Shown here piece after piece: positions 1 through 9,854 of a DNA stretch of 18,876 nucleotides. The notes under the pieces are model-generated. The model searched no databases and was not told the DNA's origin. It saw only the letters and a list, made by a program, of their open reading frames with translations. The translations under genes were made by a program, and so were the position numbers. The stretch is taken from positions 1 through 18,876 of the forward strand of contig NW_021824392.1 of assembly GCF_006345805.1 (NCBI RefSeq), in the 5' to 3' direction. The DNA is from Octopus sinensis (taxonomy: Eukaryota). Each line of letters begins with the position of its first letter. Position 1 is the first letter of the stretch.

Positions 1-76
1 GGTGGGGGCCCAGTCGTGTAGGTATGCCAACTCTGCAATTACAAACACGACTGACAATTAAACTTGCTTGTCTTAC

Positions 77-293
77 CTGTTATTACGACTGCTTTCTGGT
101 GACTGCTCACGGGTAGGTCGTTGTCGAGAGGCAAAACGGCGAAGGCGAGAATCGAAACCAAACCCAGTACGATTAGTGTAGACGTGAGATTGAGGGTGTA
201 TCCGGAATATTGGAGCTGTTCTGGCTGCAAAACTGCAACAGCACCGATGATCATACACGCACAAACTATGTGCAAAGGCCGCACTGTAAACAT
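77..293 (-). CDS. First coding exon of a membrane-anchored short-chain dehydrogenase/reductase (SDR9C-like: 17beta-HSD2/11beta-HSD2/RDH/BDH1 group); the gene continues beyond the left edge
   Basis: ATG at 293-291 gives MFTVRPLHIVCACMIIGAVAVLQPEQ...LIVLGLVSILAFAVLPLDNDLPVSSHQKAVVITG. Two hydrophobic segments precede KAVVITG, the first beta-strand and TG of the SDR TGxxxGxG motif. The Gly codon is split by a strong phase-1 donor, ACAG|GTAAGA (intron starts at 76). Upstream on the minus strand is a polypyrimidine tract (ttttcttttctccccccttt) with CAG acceptors, putting the exon start at 331 or 327. Confidence 0.75.
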
Positions 294-429
294 TTCTTCT
301 CTGTTCGAGTCGATCCGCTGAACTGACCTGACTGGTTATAAAGGGGGGGAGAAAAGAAAACACAAAAGATAGGAGAAAGAAAATAATAATAATAAAAAAA
401 GACAGGAAAAAGCAAAAATTGGATTTATC

Positions 430-745
430 AGAAAGGGAGGAAGAGAGAAAAAATATATATATATAAATACATAGATAGATAGACAGATAGATAAGTAGGT
501 AGAGCGTGTGAGAAAGGGAGAGAGAGAGAGAGAAAGAGAGACGGAGAGAGAGGGGAGAGAGCGAGTGATAGTGTGGTGTGTGTGTGAGGAAAAAGAAGAA
601 GAGAGAGAGTAGGAGGGGGAGGTTTCTTTGGAAAGAGATATGAGAGGAAAACATGTGAATGAGAGAGAGGGAAAGGCGAAAAGAGTAGAGAGAGAGAGAG
701 GGGGGAGAGGGAAAATGAGAGAGAGAGAGAGAGAGACTAAAGAGC
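430..745. repeat. GA/AG-rich low-complexity purine tract (pyrimidine tract on the minus strand)
   Basis: Runs of (GA)n, (GATA)n and GGA visible directly. Confidence 0.85.
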
Positions 746-889
746 AAATAAGATAAAGGGACAGATATTTATACGAACATCAATTCTACCATGTATACAT
801 ACGTACATACATACACACGCATGCATATATATATATATATATTTATATATACACAGTTACGGCCAAACAAAAATACTACAGTGTGTGAC

Positions 890-1392
890 GTGCGTACGTA
901 TGTATGTATGTATGTATGTATGTATGTATGTATGTATGTATGAATGTATGTATGTGTGTATGTATGTATGTATGTGTGTATGTATGTATGTATGTGTGTG
1001 TGTACGTGTGTGTGTACGTATGTATGTATGTGTGTATGTATGTATGTATGTATGAATGTATGTATGTATGTATGTATGAATGTATGTATGAATGTATGTA
1101 TGTGTGTATGTATGTATGTATGTGTGTATGTATGTATGTATGTATGTATGTACGTGTGTGTGTACGTATGTATGTATGTGTGTATGTATGTATGTATGTA
1201 TGAATGTATGTATGTATGTATGTGTGTGTGTATGTATGTATGTATGTGTGTATGTATGTATGTATGTGTGTGTGTATGTATGTGTGTATGTGTGTGTGTA
1301 TGTATGTATGTAAGTATGTATGTATGTAAGTATGTATGTATGTATGTATTTAGATCCTGTATGTGTGTATGTAAGTATGTATGTATGTATTT
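890..1392. repeat. Long (TATG)n microsatellite with TG/TGAA/TAAG variants
   Basis: About 500 bp of tatg units; source of the MYVC/HTYI pseudo-ORFs. Confidence 0.97.
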
Positions 1393-2198
1393 ATAAGTAG
1401 AGACACACACATACACACGCACACACGCACAATACATAAATAGATTACACAAATGTACAGGTGGTGCTATTAAGTTAGACATGGCCTGGACCAATCTTTG
1501 GTCGAAACATATCTAAGTTTATCTAAGTTATATGTGTATACACACACACACACACACGCACACACACACACATGTATATAATGTACACACGCATACATGC
1601 GTACAGAAACACTAACATACGTCGACCCCTCCCTCTATATGCATACCCACACACACACAGAGGTAGGTAGATCACTGACAGTCGAGAAGCAAAAAAGGAA
1701 AAAGACCAAAAAGAAATACGGACAATTGAGGTTTAGTATTCCCAAACTTTTACTCAGGCCGAGTAATCTGTACGCGCTTGCCACTCGCTCGTCATGCTAG
1801 AAATAACAGCTACATCTTCTTCAGATCATTACCTTATCGCCTTACAAAAAAGAAAAGGGCAACGATACTAATAGATATACTTAAACAACAGCTTATTCAT
1901 AGCTGGAACATCTTTAATCATAGGTTTGCTTCGCTTGATCAGAGCATCTCTTGGGCTTAAACAGCGACTTACGAACTTTTATTGTTTTTTCCGATTTTCG
2001 TTAAACAACGTAATCTCTTTCTTCCGGGTTTCTCTTTCGGACTTTCCTTTTGTATTTTCTCTTCCTCTATTTCACTCCTCTATATCTCATTTTCTCTCTC
2101 TTTCCCTCACCTCTCTCTATTTTTTTCTTTTTCTTCCCCGCTTTCCTTCCTCGCTCTCACGAATTGTTTGTCTGCTAGCGATGATCAATGCCTGTTAA

Positions 2199-2801
2199 AT
2201 AAGGTGGCGAGCTGGCAGAGACGTTAGCACGCCGGACGAAATGCGTAGCTGTATTTCATCTGCCGTTACGTTCTGAGTTCAAATTCCGCCGAGGTCGACT
2301 TTGCCTTTCATCCTTTCGGGATCGATAAATTAAGTACCAGTTACGCACTGGGGTCGATGTAATCGACTTAATCCGTTTCTCTGTCCTTGTTCGTCCCCTC
2401 TGTGTTTTAGCCCTTTTTGGGTAGTAAAGAAATAGGTATTTCGTCTGCCGTTACGTTCTCAGTTCAAATTCCGCCGAAGTCGACTTTGCCTTTCATCCTT
2501 TCGAGGTCGATAAATTGAGTACCAGTTACGCACGGGGGTCGATGTAATCGACTTAATCCGTTTGACTGTCCTTGTTTGTCCCCTCTGTGTTTTAGCCCTT
2601 TGTGGGTAGTAAAGAAATAGGTATTTCGTCTGCCGTTACGTTCTCAGTTCAAATTCCGCCAAAGTCGACTTTGCCTTTCATCCTTTCGAGGTCGATAAAT
2701 TAAGTACCAGTTACGCACTGGGTCGATGTAATCGACTTAATCCGTTTGTCTGTCCTTGTTTGTCCCCTCTGTGTTTAGCCCCTTGTTGGTAGTAAAGAAA
2801 C
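2199..2801 (+). mobile_element. tRNA-derived SINE (family A), head plus three tandem ~185-bp body units, flanked by a 17-bp TSD
   Basis: Head ggtggcgagctggcagagacgttag (A-box-like) and gagttcaaattcc (B-box). Central gcctttcatcctttcggg.tcgataaattaagtacc domain. Units start at 2250, 2435 and 2620. Flanks are tgatcaatgcctgttaa (2182-2198) and tgaccaatgcctgttaa (2802-2818). Confidence 0.9.
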
Positions 2802-2836
2802 TGACCAATGCCTGTTAATATATTTCGTTTCATTAA

Positions 2837-2866
2837 TGGCGGCGAGCGGGCAGAAACGTTAGCACG
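2837..2866 (+). mobile_element. 5' head fragment of a family A/C SINE, interrupted by the following family B SINE
   Basis: tggcggcgagcgggcagaaacgttagcacg matches the head at ~2203; the body resumes at ~3300. Confidence 0.65.
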
Positions 2867-2880
2867 ATTTTTTTAAACTC

Positions 2881-3281
2881 TTTTACTTGTTTCAGTCATT
2901 TGACTGCGGCCATGCTGGAGCACCGCCTTTATTTGAAGAAATCGACCCCAGGACTTATTCTTTGGAAGCCTAGTACCTATTCTATCGGTCTCTTTTTGCC
3001 GAACCGCTAAGTTATGGGGACGTAAACACACCTGCATCGGTTGTCAAGCGATGCTGGGGACAAACACAGACACACAAACATATACACACGCATGCATATA
3101 TATATATATGCATATATACGACGGGCTTCTTTCAGTTTCCGTTTACCAAATCCACCCACAAGGCTTTGGTCTGCTCGAAGCTATAGTAGAAGACACTTGC
3201 CCAAGGTGCCACGCAGTGGGACTGAACCCGGAACCATGTGGTTCGTAAGCAAGCTACTTACCACACAGCTACTCCCGCGCC
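2881..3281 (-). mobile_element. tRNA-derived SINE (family B) with an internal CA/TA microsatellite
   Basis: Minus strand begins ggcgcgggagtagctgtgtggtaag (A-box)...gggttcagtccc (B-box)...ccttgggcaagtg and ends gactgaaacaagtaaaa. Five other homologous copies are in the window. Confidence 0.9.
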
Positions 3282-3299
3282 TTCTTTTCACAAACAGAT

Positions 3300-3484
3300 T
3301 GGCAAAATGCTAAGTGGCATTTCGTCTGTCTTAACGTTCTGAGTTCAAATTTCGCCAAGGTTGACTTAGCTTTTCATCCTCTCGGGTTCGATAAAATAAG
3401 TACCAGTTGAGCACTGGGGAGGGGGGTCGATGTAATCAACTTACCCCCTCTCCGTAATTGCTGACCTTGTGCCAACATCTGAAA
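3300..3484 (+). mobile_element. Body of an older family A-related SINE with the alternative (type C) 3' tail
   Basis: gcatttcgtctg...gagttcaaatttcgcc...ttttcatcctctcgggttcgataaaataagtacc...gtcgatgtaatcaac followed by a ccccctctcc...ccttgtgccaa tail. Confidence 0.75.
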
Positions 3485-3499
3485 GAAGTTTCTTTTATC

Positions 3500-3886
3500 T
3501 TTTACTTGTTTCAGTAATAAGACTGCGGCCATGCTGGGGCTCTGCCCTGGAGAACTTTTCTTTCTTAAGCCTGGCTTTTATGCAATCGGTCTCTTTAGTC
3601 GAACCGCTACGTAACGGAGATTTAAACATACCAATACCAGTTGTCAAACGGTGGTGGAAGACGAACAGACACAAATACACACAAACACACAGACATACGC
3701 ACACACAGACACACAATTAAGTAAGAGGTGTTTCTTTCAGTTTCTGTCTACCAAATCCACTCGCAAGTCTTTGGTAGGCCCGAGGCTATAGTAGAAGACA
3801 CTTGCCCAAGGTTCCACACAGTGGAGCTGAACCAAGAACCATGTGGTTGGTAAGCAAGCTACTTACCACACAGCCACGCCTACGCC
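3500..3886 (-). mobile_element. Family B SINE, diverged copy
   Basis: Collinear with 2881-3281 (ttacttgtttcagt...gactgcggccatgctgg...gaagacacttgcccaagg...agcaagctacttaccacacag). Confidence 0.88.
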
Positions 3887-4055
3887 TATACATACATACA
3901 TACATACATACATACATACATACATACATTCACACATACATACATACACACACATACATACATACATACATACATACATACATACATACTTACATACATA
4001 CATAATACGTACATACATACATACATACATAAATACATACATACATACATACATA
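3887..4055. repeat. (TACA)n microsatellite
   Basis: Direct tandem tetranucleotide run. Confidence 0.95.
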
Positions 4056-4720
4056 TGTATCTCATTAAGCTGACAATTTGCAATTAAGAAACGAAAAGCA
4101 GAAGTATAGTCGTCGCTAAAGTGACGGAGGGTGATAGTCAGCACCTGCATTGCTAGAAATAAGAGTCAAAACAACTCTTTGCCACGAGAGAGCACTTTTC
4201 TATCGGCTGACCAGGAAAACAAGTTCTCAAAATATATTGTACTTAGTGTCATTGTTACTACGTCTACAACAACAAATATATCTCTGAATGCGTAGGTATA
4301 TATAGGTATGTATCAATATGTATACATAAAACACATACACATCAATTATCCGAAACAGCTGTAAAGATAAGGGTTGATTACTTCAGTCATTTGTAAACGC
4401 ATGTTTCTATGTAGATACATTCCTTATGCCTAATATTATTTACCCGTCATTTCTGCATACATACACACACACACACACACCCACACATACACACACATAT
4501 AGAGAGTCTATTCTTGGAATAACCTATATACACAAAAATATATAAGTGCGTTTGTGTGAGTGTATCTGTCTATCTCTATGAGAATGCTTTCCATTTACTT
4601 CTGGTTCACATATTTATATATGCATGCACATGTGTGTATACTATGTGTACACAAACATACACACAGGCACACGCACACACAAACACAAACACACATGTAT
4701 ACATCTATGTATGTATATGG

Positions 4721-4751
<31 letters not shown>

Positions 4752-5036
4752 CATAAACACAGTATTTTATGTTGTGTATTTAAGAGGTTATAATCCAACA
4801 TGTGTCCACTTGAAGCACATCTGCATGTTAGCGTGACGCTGATTACGTCACAGATATATATATATATATATATATACGCACATATATTAGTCAAAATATA
4901 AACGCACTTACATCTTGCTATAAAAGCCATGTGTTAAAAATTACAAAATCTAAATCGTACCAGACTGTTATCTCACAGAACCTTAAATATTGACCCTTCT
5001 ACGTTATTAGTTTGCAAAGCTCATACGCACACACAC

Positions 5037-5318
5037 GCGCATGGCTTAGTGGTTAGGGGTATTCCGCTCACGATGCTAAGGTCGTGAGTTCAATTCCCGG
5101 CGACGCGTTGTGTCCTTGAGCAAGACACTTTATTTCCACTCAGCTGGCGAAATGAGTAGTACCTGTATTTCAAAAGGACCAGCCTTGTCACAATCTGTGC
5201 TACACTGAATCTCCCTGACAACTACATTAAGGGTATACGTGTGCGTCGAGTTCTCAGTCAACAAGCTGTTTCATTGATCGTATGAGCTGGGACCCTCGTC
5301 ATCGTAACCGACAGAGTG

Positions 5319-5320
<2 letters not shown>
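5037..5320 (+). mobile_element. tRNA-derived SINE (family D)
   Basis: gcgcatggcttagtggttagg (A-box), gtgagttcaattcccgg (B-box), then gtgtccttgagcaagacactt, a motif common to V-type and related invertebrate SINEs. Followed by (TA)n at 5321-5364. Confidence 0.8.
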
Positions 5321-5369
<49 letters not shown>

Positions 5370-5443
5370 TAGCAGTAATACCCGTCGTTGATTGGGTAAT
5401 TTTACTCTTTCTCGGGAGCCACATTACAATTATTATTATTATT

Positions 5444-5997
5444 GAGTGAGAGAGCAGTGCATGCCATCAAAATGACACTGGGGTAAAATATACGAAGCCC
5501 AGTATACCCATCATGACTACCCGTCTGATAAGGGTACACTAGGCACATGGATCACAACCATAAGTGCGCGACATGGTGATCTCATACCAAGATAAACAGC
5601 ACATGATCTTGCAGGTGGGGCCCAGTTAGAATTTTGTTCTGGTCGAGTAGCCCATCCCGTTCAAAAGGTCCATGAATAAGGATTGTTTAAGGATGTTGAA
5701 CGAAACACCCCTGTTTCCAAAGGTGAAATATTCAAACCCCAAAGAATCCCTCTCAACACATGGCTATGATGCTCCCCCACTACTTCTGCTCGTGATCAGA
5801 GATGCACATATCGTCAGCCACTAAGGGACATGCTCAACTGGTTAAGGTCAAACAACTGACAAGCAAATCTGCGGTATTGAGCAGAATATTTGCTGTAGCC
5901 CATCTTTTATACCAAGACAACACAATGTACATGATAACACTTGCAATCAGTTAAGATCAGAAGCCACGAGAGCCACTGCCTGGTACTGCATCAGGGC
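5444..5997. mobile_element. 554-bp non-coding interspersed element embedded in an (ATT)n tract
   Basis: Sequence of balanced GC content sharply bounded by (att)5 at 5429-5443 and a long (att)n at 5998-6060. No long ORF; several short hairpins. Confidence 0.6.
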
Positions 5998-6007
5998 ATT
6001 ATTATTA

Positions 6008-6060
<53 letters not shown>
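5998..6060. repeat. (ATT)n microsatellite
   Basis: Direct trinucleotide run. Confidence 0.95.
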
Positions 6061-6067
<7 letters not shown>

Positions 6068-6679
6068 AACTTACTCTTCCTATATATGTGTTTTTTATAA
6101 TAGAAAATATATAATAATTGAATTAAAAAAAGATCAACTTCATGCATGAACTTCTGTTTGTTTATTATATGGCCATAATAAATGAGTTGTATGTGTTATT
6201 ATATTTATTAATAAAGTAATGGCAATTATGTGATCTATCTATACATATATACACGTATAAAATCATTTGTATATCTGTCTGTTCCCAATGAATTCTCAAA
6301 CGGCTCAACCAAATCAAATACAATTTGATTTGGTAATAGTATCTGACCGCGTGAGTGTTAACATGTAATTTTTGTTTCATTTGCATGAAAACAATACAAC
6401 ATTGGCAATGGTTCGGCATTACATGTCAAAAGTGAAAGAATAACATCTATATTGTAATGTTATACAATTTGTTTCACTTTTAATTCTAATTATATGCTAA
6501 TGTGAACAACATTAGGCATCGGCAACTTTCCGCCTTTTCGACCACGGCAACGGAATGGTGTATCAGTGTATGTGAGCTGACTGACATAATGAACGGCTGG
6601 AGGTGAACACTCTTGACAAATGACAATGAAACCACTTTCACTTTCACTTGTCGCAGACTAATACAATTGAGTGGTCAAA

Positions 6680-7085
6680 TACATCTTTTTGCGGGTTCTT
6701 TCCGCAGTGTGTGTCCGATCCATCTCCATTTCCTTCGTCTAATCTGAACATGTATGGGCTCTTAGTTGGCCCTTTCCCACAGGTCAGTGTTTGGCATTCT
6801 GTCGAACCACTTCAGATGGAGGATCTGCCGGAGACATTTGTTGATGAAGGTCTGGATCTTCTTGTATTTGCTGCAGGTGGCTCTCCATGTTTCAGAGCCA
6901 TACAAAAGCACAGATTTTACGTTTGAACTAAATAAGCTGAGTTTAGTTCGAGTTGAGATGGCAGTGGACTTCCATACCGGCCGAAGAATAGCGAAGGCTT
7001 GCCAATCATTCTTGCTACTTGCCGTGATGTCCTCGTCTGATCCACCTGATTAGCTGATCTTGTTGCCAAAATAGACAAACTCACT
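6680..7085 (-). mobile_element. Decayed RTE-clade LINE fragment (region C-terminal to the RT core)
   Basis: Minus-strand translation with in-frame stops: FVYFGNKIS*SGGSDEDI...AFAILRPVWKSTAISTRTKLSLFSSNVKSVLLYGSETWR...KKIQTFINKCLRQILHLKWFDRMPNTDLWERAN*EPIHVQIRRRKWRWIGHTLRK. LLYGSETW and W.W.GH.LR are typical RTE motifs. Confidence 0.88.
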
Positions 7086-7099
7086 AACTCATAACTTGC

Positions 7100-7495
7100 T
7101 CATTCAGGACCCGAAGGCACTACAATCTCAAATTCACAAGCAGTGAAAGACTTGGGGGCCAGTAAGTGCAATGACGCATCATTTCATATGCACATTACCA
7201 AGATAGGAGCAAAGTGCAAACAACTGGCTGGATGGTTATTGAGGTCCTTCAAAACAAGAGAACAAGAAACTATGTCGATCCTGTGGAGAACCTTTGTTCT
7301 CAGCCGCCTGGACTACTGCTCCCAGTTATGGTCACCACTTAAAGCCAAACAATAGTGGAACTCGAAGCAATCCAACGCCTCTACGCTAAAAGGATTGAAA
7401 CGGTGCTGCAGATAAGCTACAGGGATAGGCTGAGAAAACTTTACTCCCTAGAGCCAAAGCGCGACAAATATGTAATAATCTACATATGGAAAACT
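7100..7495 (+). mobile_element. Decayed CR1-like LINE ORF2 C-terminal fragment
   Basis: VKDLG...FHMHITKIGAKCKQLAGWLLRSFKTRE...FVLSRLDYCSQLWSP, then after a frameshift ELEAIQRLYAKRI...SYRDRLRKLYSLE...YIWK. Matches the CR1-group pattern DLG / LEYC..WSP / LE.VQR / SY.ERL..L.SLE. Confidence 0.82.
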
Positions 7496-7669
7496 CTTCT
7501 TATTATTAGTTAATCCCATACTCGAATTTCCCGATTAATGAGCAAATAAATTAATTTGACACCCATAGTTCATCAGTCGGATCGCTAGAACATTGTATAA
7601 TTATGTAGCTTAATACGTACCGAAAAAACACGTGCAAGTTTCATCTTTTTTACCATAGAGGTAACAATA

Positions 7670-7723
<54 letters not shown>

Positions 7724-7819
7724 ACGGGAAGGTTTACGAAAATAAACAAAAGACGAAGGCAGGTGGAGTACAAACAAGCAATGAATTAGTATGGCGCTCA
7801 GGAATAGAAATAGAACAAG

Positions 7820-7857
7820 TCTTTTACGTTTCGAGCCTACGCTCTTCGACAGAAAGA
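7820..7857 (-). ncRNA. Minimal type I hammerhead ribozyme-like motif, copy 1 (variant core)
   Basis: Minus strand reads UCUUU-CUGUCGA-A-GAGC-GUAG-GCUC-GAAACGUA-AAAGA: stem I UCUUU/AAAGA, stem II GAGC/GCUC, GAAA plus palindromic ACGU as stem III. The core has U at position 6 where the canonical CUGANGA has A. Confidence 0.55.
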
Positions 7858-8063
7858 TACACAGAAAAGAAACAAGGAGAGAAAAAAAATGCGTGTAGGA
7901 GCTAACGGTCCATCATATATATAATATATATATATATAATATATATTATATATATATATTTATATAACGGGAAGGTTTACGAAAATAAACAAAAGACGAA
8001 GGCAGGTGGAGTACAAACAAGCAAATGTATTAGTATGGCGCTCAGGAATAGAAATAGAACAAG

Positions 8064-8101
8064 TCTTTTACGTTTCGAGCCTACGCTCTTCGACAGAAAG
8101 A
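8064..8101 (-). ncRNA. Minimal type I hammerhead ribozyme-like motif, copy 2
   Basis: Identical to 7820-7857. Confidence 0.55.
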
Positions 8102-8153
8102 TACACAGAAAAGAAACAAGGAGAGAAAAAAAATGCGTGTAGGAGCTAACGGT

Positions 8154-8217
<64 letters not shown>

Positions 8218-8876
8218 TGTATGTGTGTGAAGTTTATAATTGTCTTAAATAATGGACGGGTTTCTTTTTGCTCACCGTTGTCGATTCTCTGTAAATTTTA
8301 TTTTCAATATCTTCAGTGAACACACATAACTTGTATTTCTTTACTTACATAAATCTATACAAAACAAAAACGTTGTTAAACATGAAAACGGCTGATTCTC
8401 TTTACCTTTCTCTATTGCGAAAGCGCATTTACTCGTAAACAGAGAGCCATACGTCGGCATATTTACACTCACTCTCACTTACGTTTTACATAGAAATGTA
8501 GGCATAATAGATTATAAAGAAATCATTCGGAAGACGGTTGATTCACTGCATACACACGGATATACATATACACGTAATTATGGACATGTATACATACATA
8601 CATTCACACACACCTATATACACTCATACAGGTATGATCAACACATTAGCGTACTTCCTACGATACGTGCTCAACCTACGTAACGTCTGATGACCCGAAT
8701 GCGACTAACTCTTACGAATAACACGGCCTCAACAAAAGTAAGGTGGTTCTCTGCTCAACTTCACCAGCAAGATATTTATGGAGCAAATGGCACTTGAATG
8801 AAAAGGGGGCAAATAATAGTCTGGATATCTGTTGTAAGAATATTATTTAACTCATCCAATAGAAAAGTGACACTGA

Positions 8877-9276
8877 CAGCGCTGGATTAACCATTAAGCA
8901 AAATAAGTACTACTTAGAGCATCAAGGGAAGGAGGAGGTATCACAGTGATGGTAAATGGTTTACGATACAAAAGAATCACTTTAAACTTACTAAAATAAT
9001 AGTCGAAGTTTATATGAACGGAAGTATAATTTCGAAGTGTTGATGGTGTCATAGTGAGGATCTGATCAAATACTTTGCAATTGAAAAACGAATATAAATA
9101 AAGTGGAATTATACAAAAATAAACATAATTCTCTATCTTACTGTTAGTTTTGTTTCATTTTGAAAACTAGAAAATTATTTTTTGGTTTATTATTGTTTAT
9201 ATTTTAAATTGCATATATAAGATGCGCAAAAATATTTTAATCGCTTCGGGCCGCTATAGGCCTTAATCCAGTCCTG
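8877..9276. mobile_element. hAT-like MITE (~400 bp)
   Basis: Imperfect TIRs: cagcgctggattaa (8877-8890) and ttaatccagtcctg (9263-9276; reverse complement caggactggattaa), 12/14 match. AT-rich non-coding interior. No 8-bp TSD recognisable. Confidence 0.6.
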
Positions 9277-9359
9277 TGCAAGGCAATTGCATAACATTTG
9301 TGGTCGATAGATAAACTAAGTTGCACGAGAACAAAATTCTCTGGGAGGAAAAATTTATT

Positions 9360-9500
9360 TTGAGACAAAGAACAAAGAATTATTGCCTCAGTGCAACAGA
9401 CCAGCTAGAGGGAAAGGTTAAAACACTACTCCGTAGGGCGAGGACAGGAAAGATATGCAGTACAGATATGCAATACATGTCTGGAAGTTCCTGGAGGTAC
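9360..9500 (+). mobile_element. Short CR1-like LINE remnant
   Basis: attgcctcagtgcaacagaccagctagagggaaaggttaaaacactactcc...caggaaagatatgca is clearly homologous to 15209-15287 and to the 7380-7490 region. Confidence 0.65.
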
Positions 9501-9532
9501 CCGTTTTTCATGCAGAAGATACATAGGAGAAA

Positions 9533-9537
<5 letters not shown>

Positions 9538-9621
<84 letters not shown>

Positions 9622-9650
9622 ACACACACACACAACACACACACACACAT
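9538..9650. repeat. (CA)n microsatellite
   Basis: Long, near-perfect CA run. Confidence 0.97.
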
Positions 9651-9854
9651 GTATGTATATTCACGTACGCACATATATGTATATATATTTCTCTCTCCCC
9701 TCTACGCATGTCTCCAGAGAAAGCGGGTGATAGTTTGATCAGGTACACCTACTCAAACAGTGAAAGAAATAGTTGTGTTGTTAGAGAAGCACATTAATAA
9801 CAGACCAATAAGGATAGGTATACGTCGTATTCTCTACGTCTTGGTCGGTGTTTA

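Larger units (their letters stand above)
7715..8160 (-). mobile_element. Two tandem ~200-bp copies (7715-7916, 7958-8160) of a Penelope pLTR/retrozyme-like unit, separated and flanked by (TA)n
   Basis: Near-identical direct repeats with a 243-244 bp period. Each carries a hammerhead-like fold on the minus strand. (TA)n at 7673-7716, 7916-7960 and 8159-8214. Confidence 0.7.

Noticed and set aside
73-747. 224-aa L/S/F-rich minus-strand ORF
   Set aside because: Translation of the intronic CT-rich tract, in a different frame from the SDR exon.
769-1494. 241-aa HTYI-repeat ORF and overlapping MYVC ORFs (also those at 3802-4150, 4556-4930, 9426-9748, 15294-15760, 17184-17616)
   Set aside because: These are translations of (TATG)n, (CA)n or (TA)n microsatellites that happen to lack stops; there is no coding signature.
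2250-2800. Regularly spaced repeats suggestive of a CRISPR array
   Set aside because: The units are 185-bp full tandem copies with no unique spacers, in a eukaryotic SINE context, with no cas genes.
5037-5110. tRNA gene
   Set aside because: A and B boxes are present but there is no complete cloverleaf, and the sequence continues into a SINE body. The same applies to the other SINE heads.
5935-5997. HDV-like ribozyme at the end of the ATT-embedded element (minus strand)
   Set aside because: Possible P2/P3 pairings exist, but I could not build a convincing P1 or P1.1 by eye.
8687-8730. ctgatga hammerhead core
   Set aside because: No stem II followed by GAAA, and no stem I pairing.
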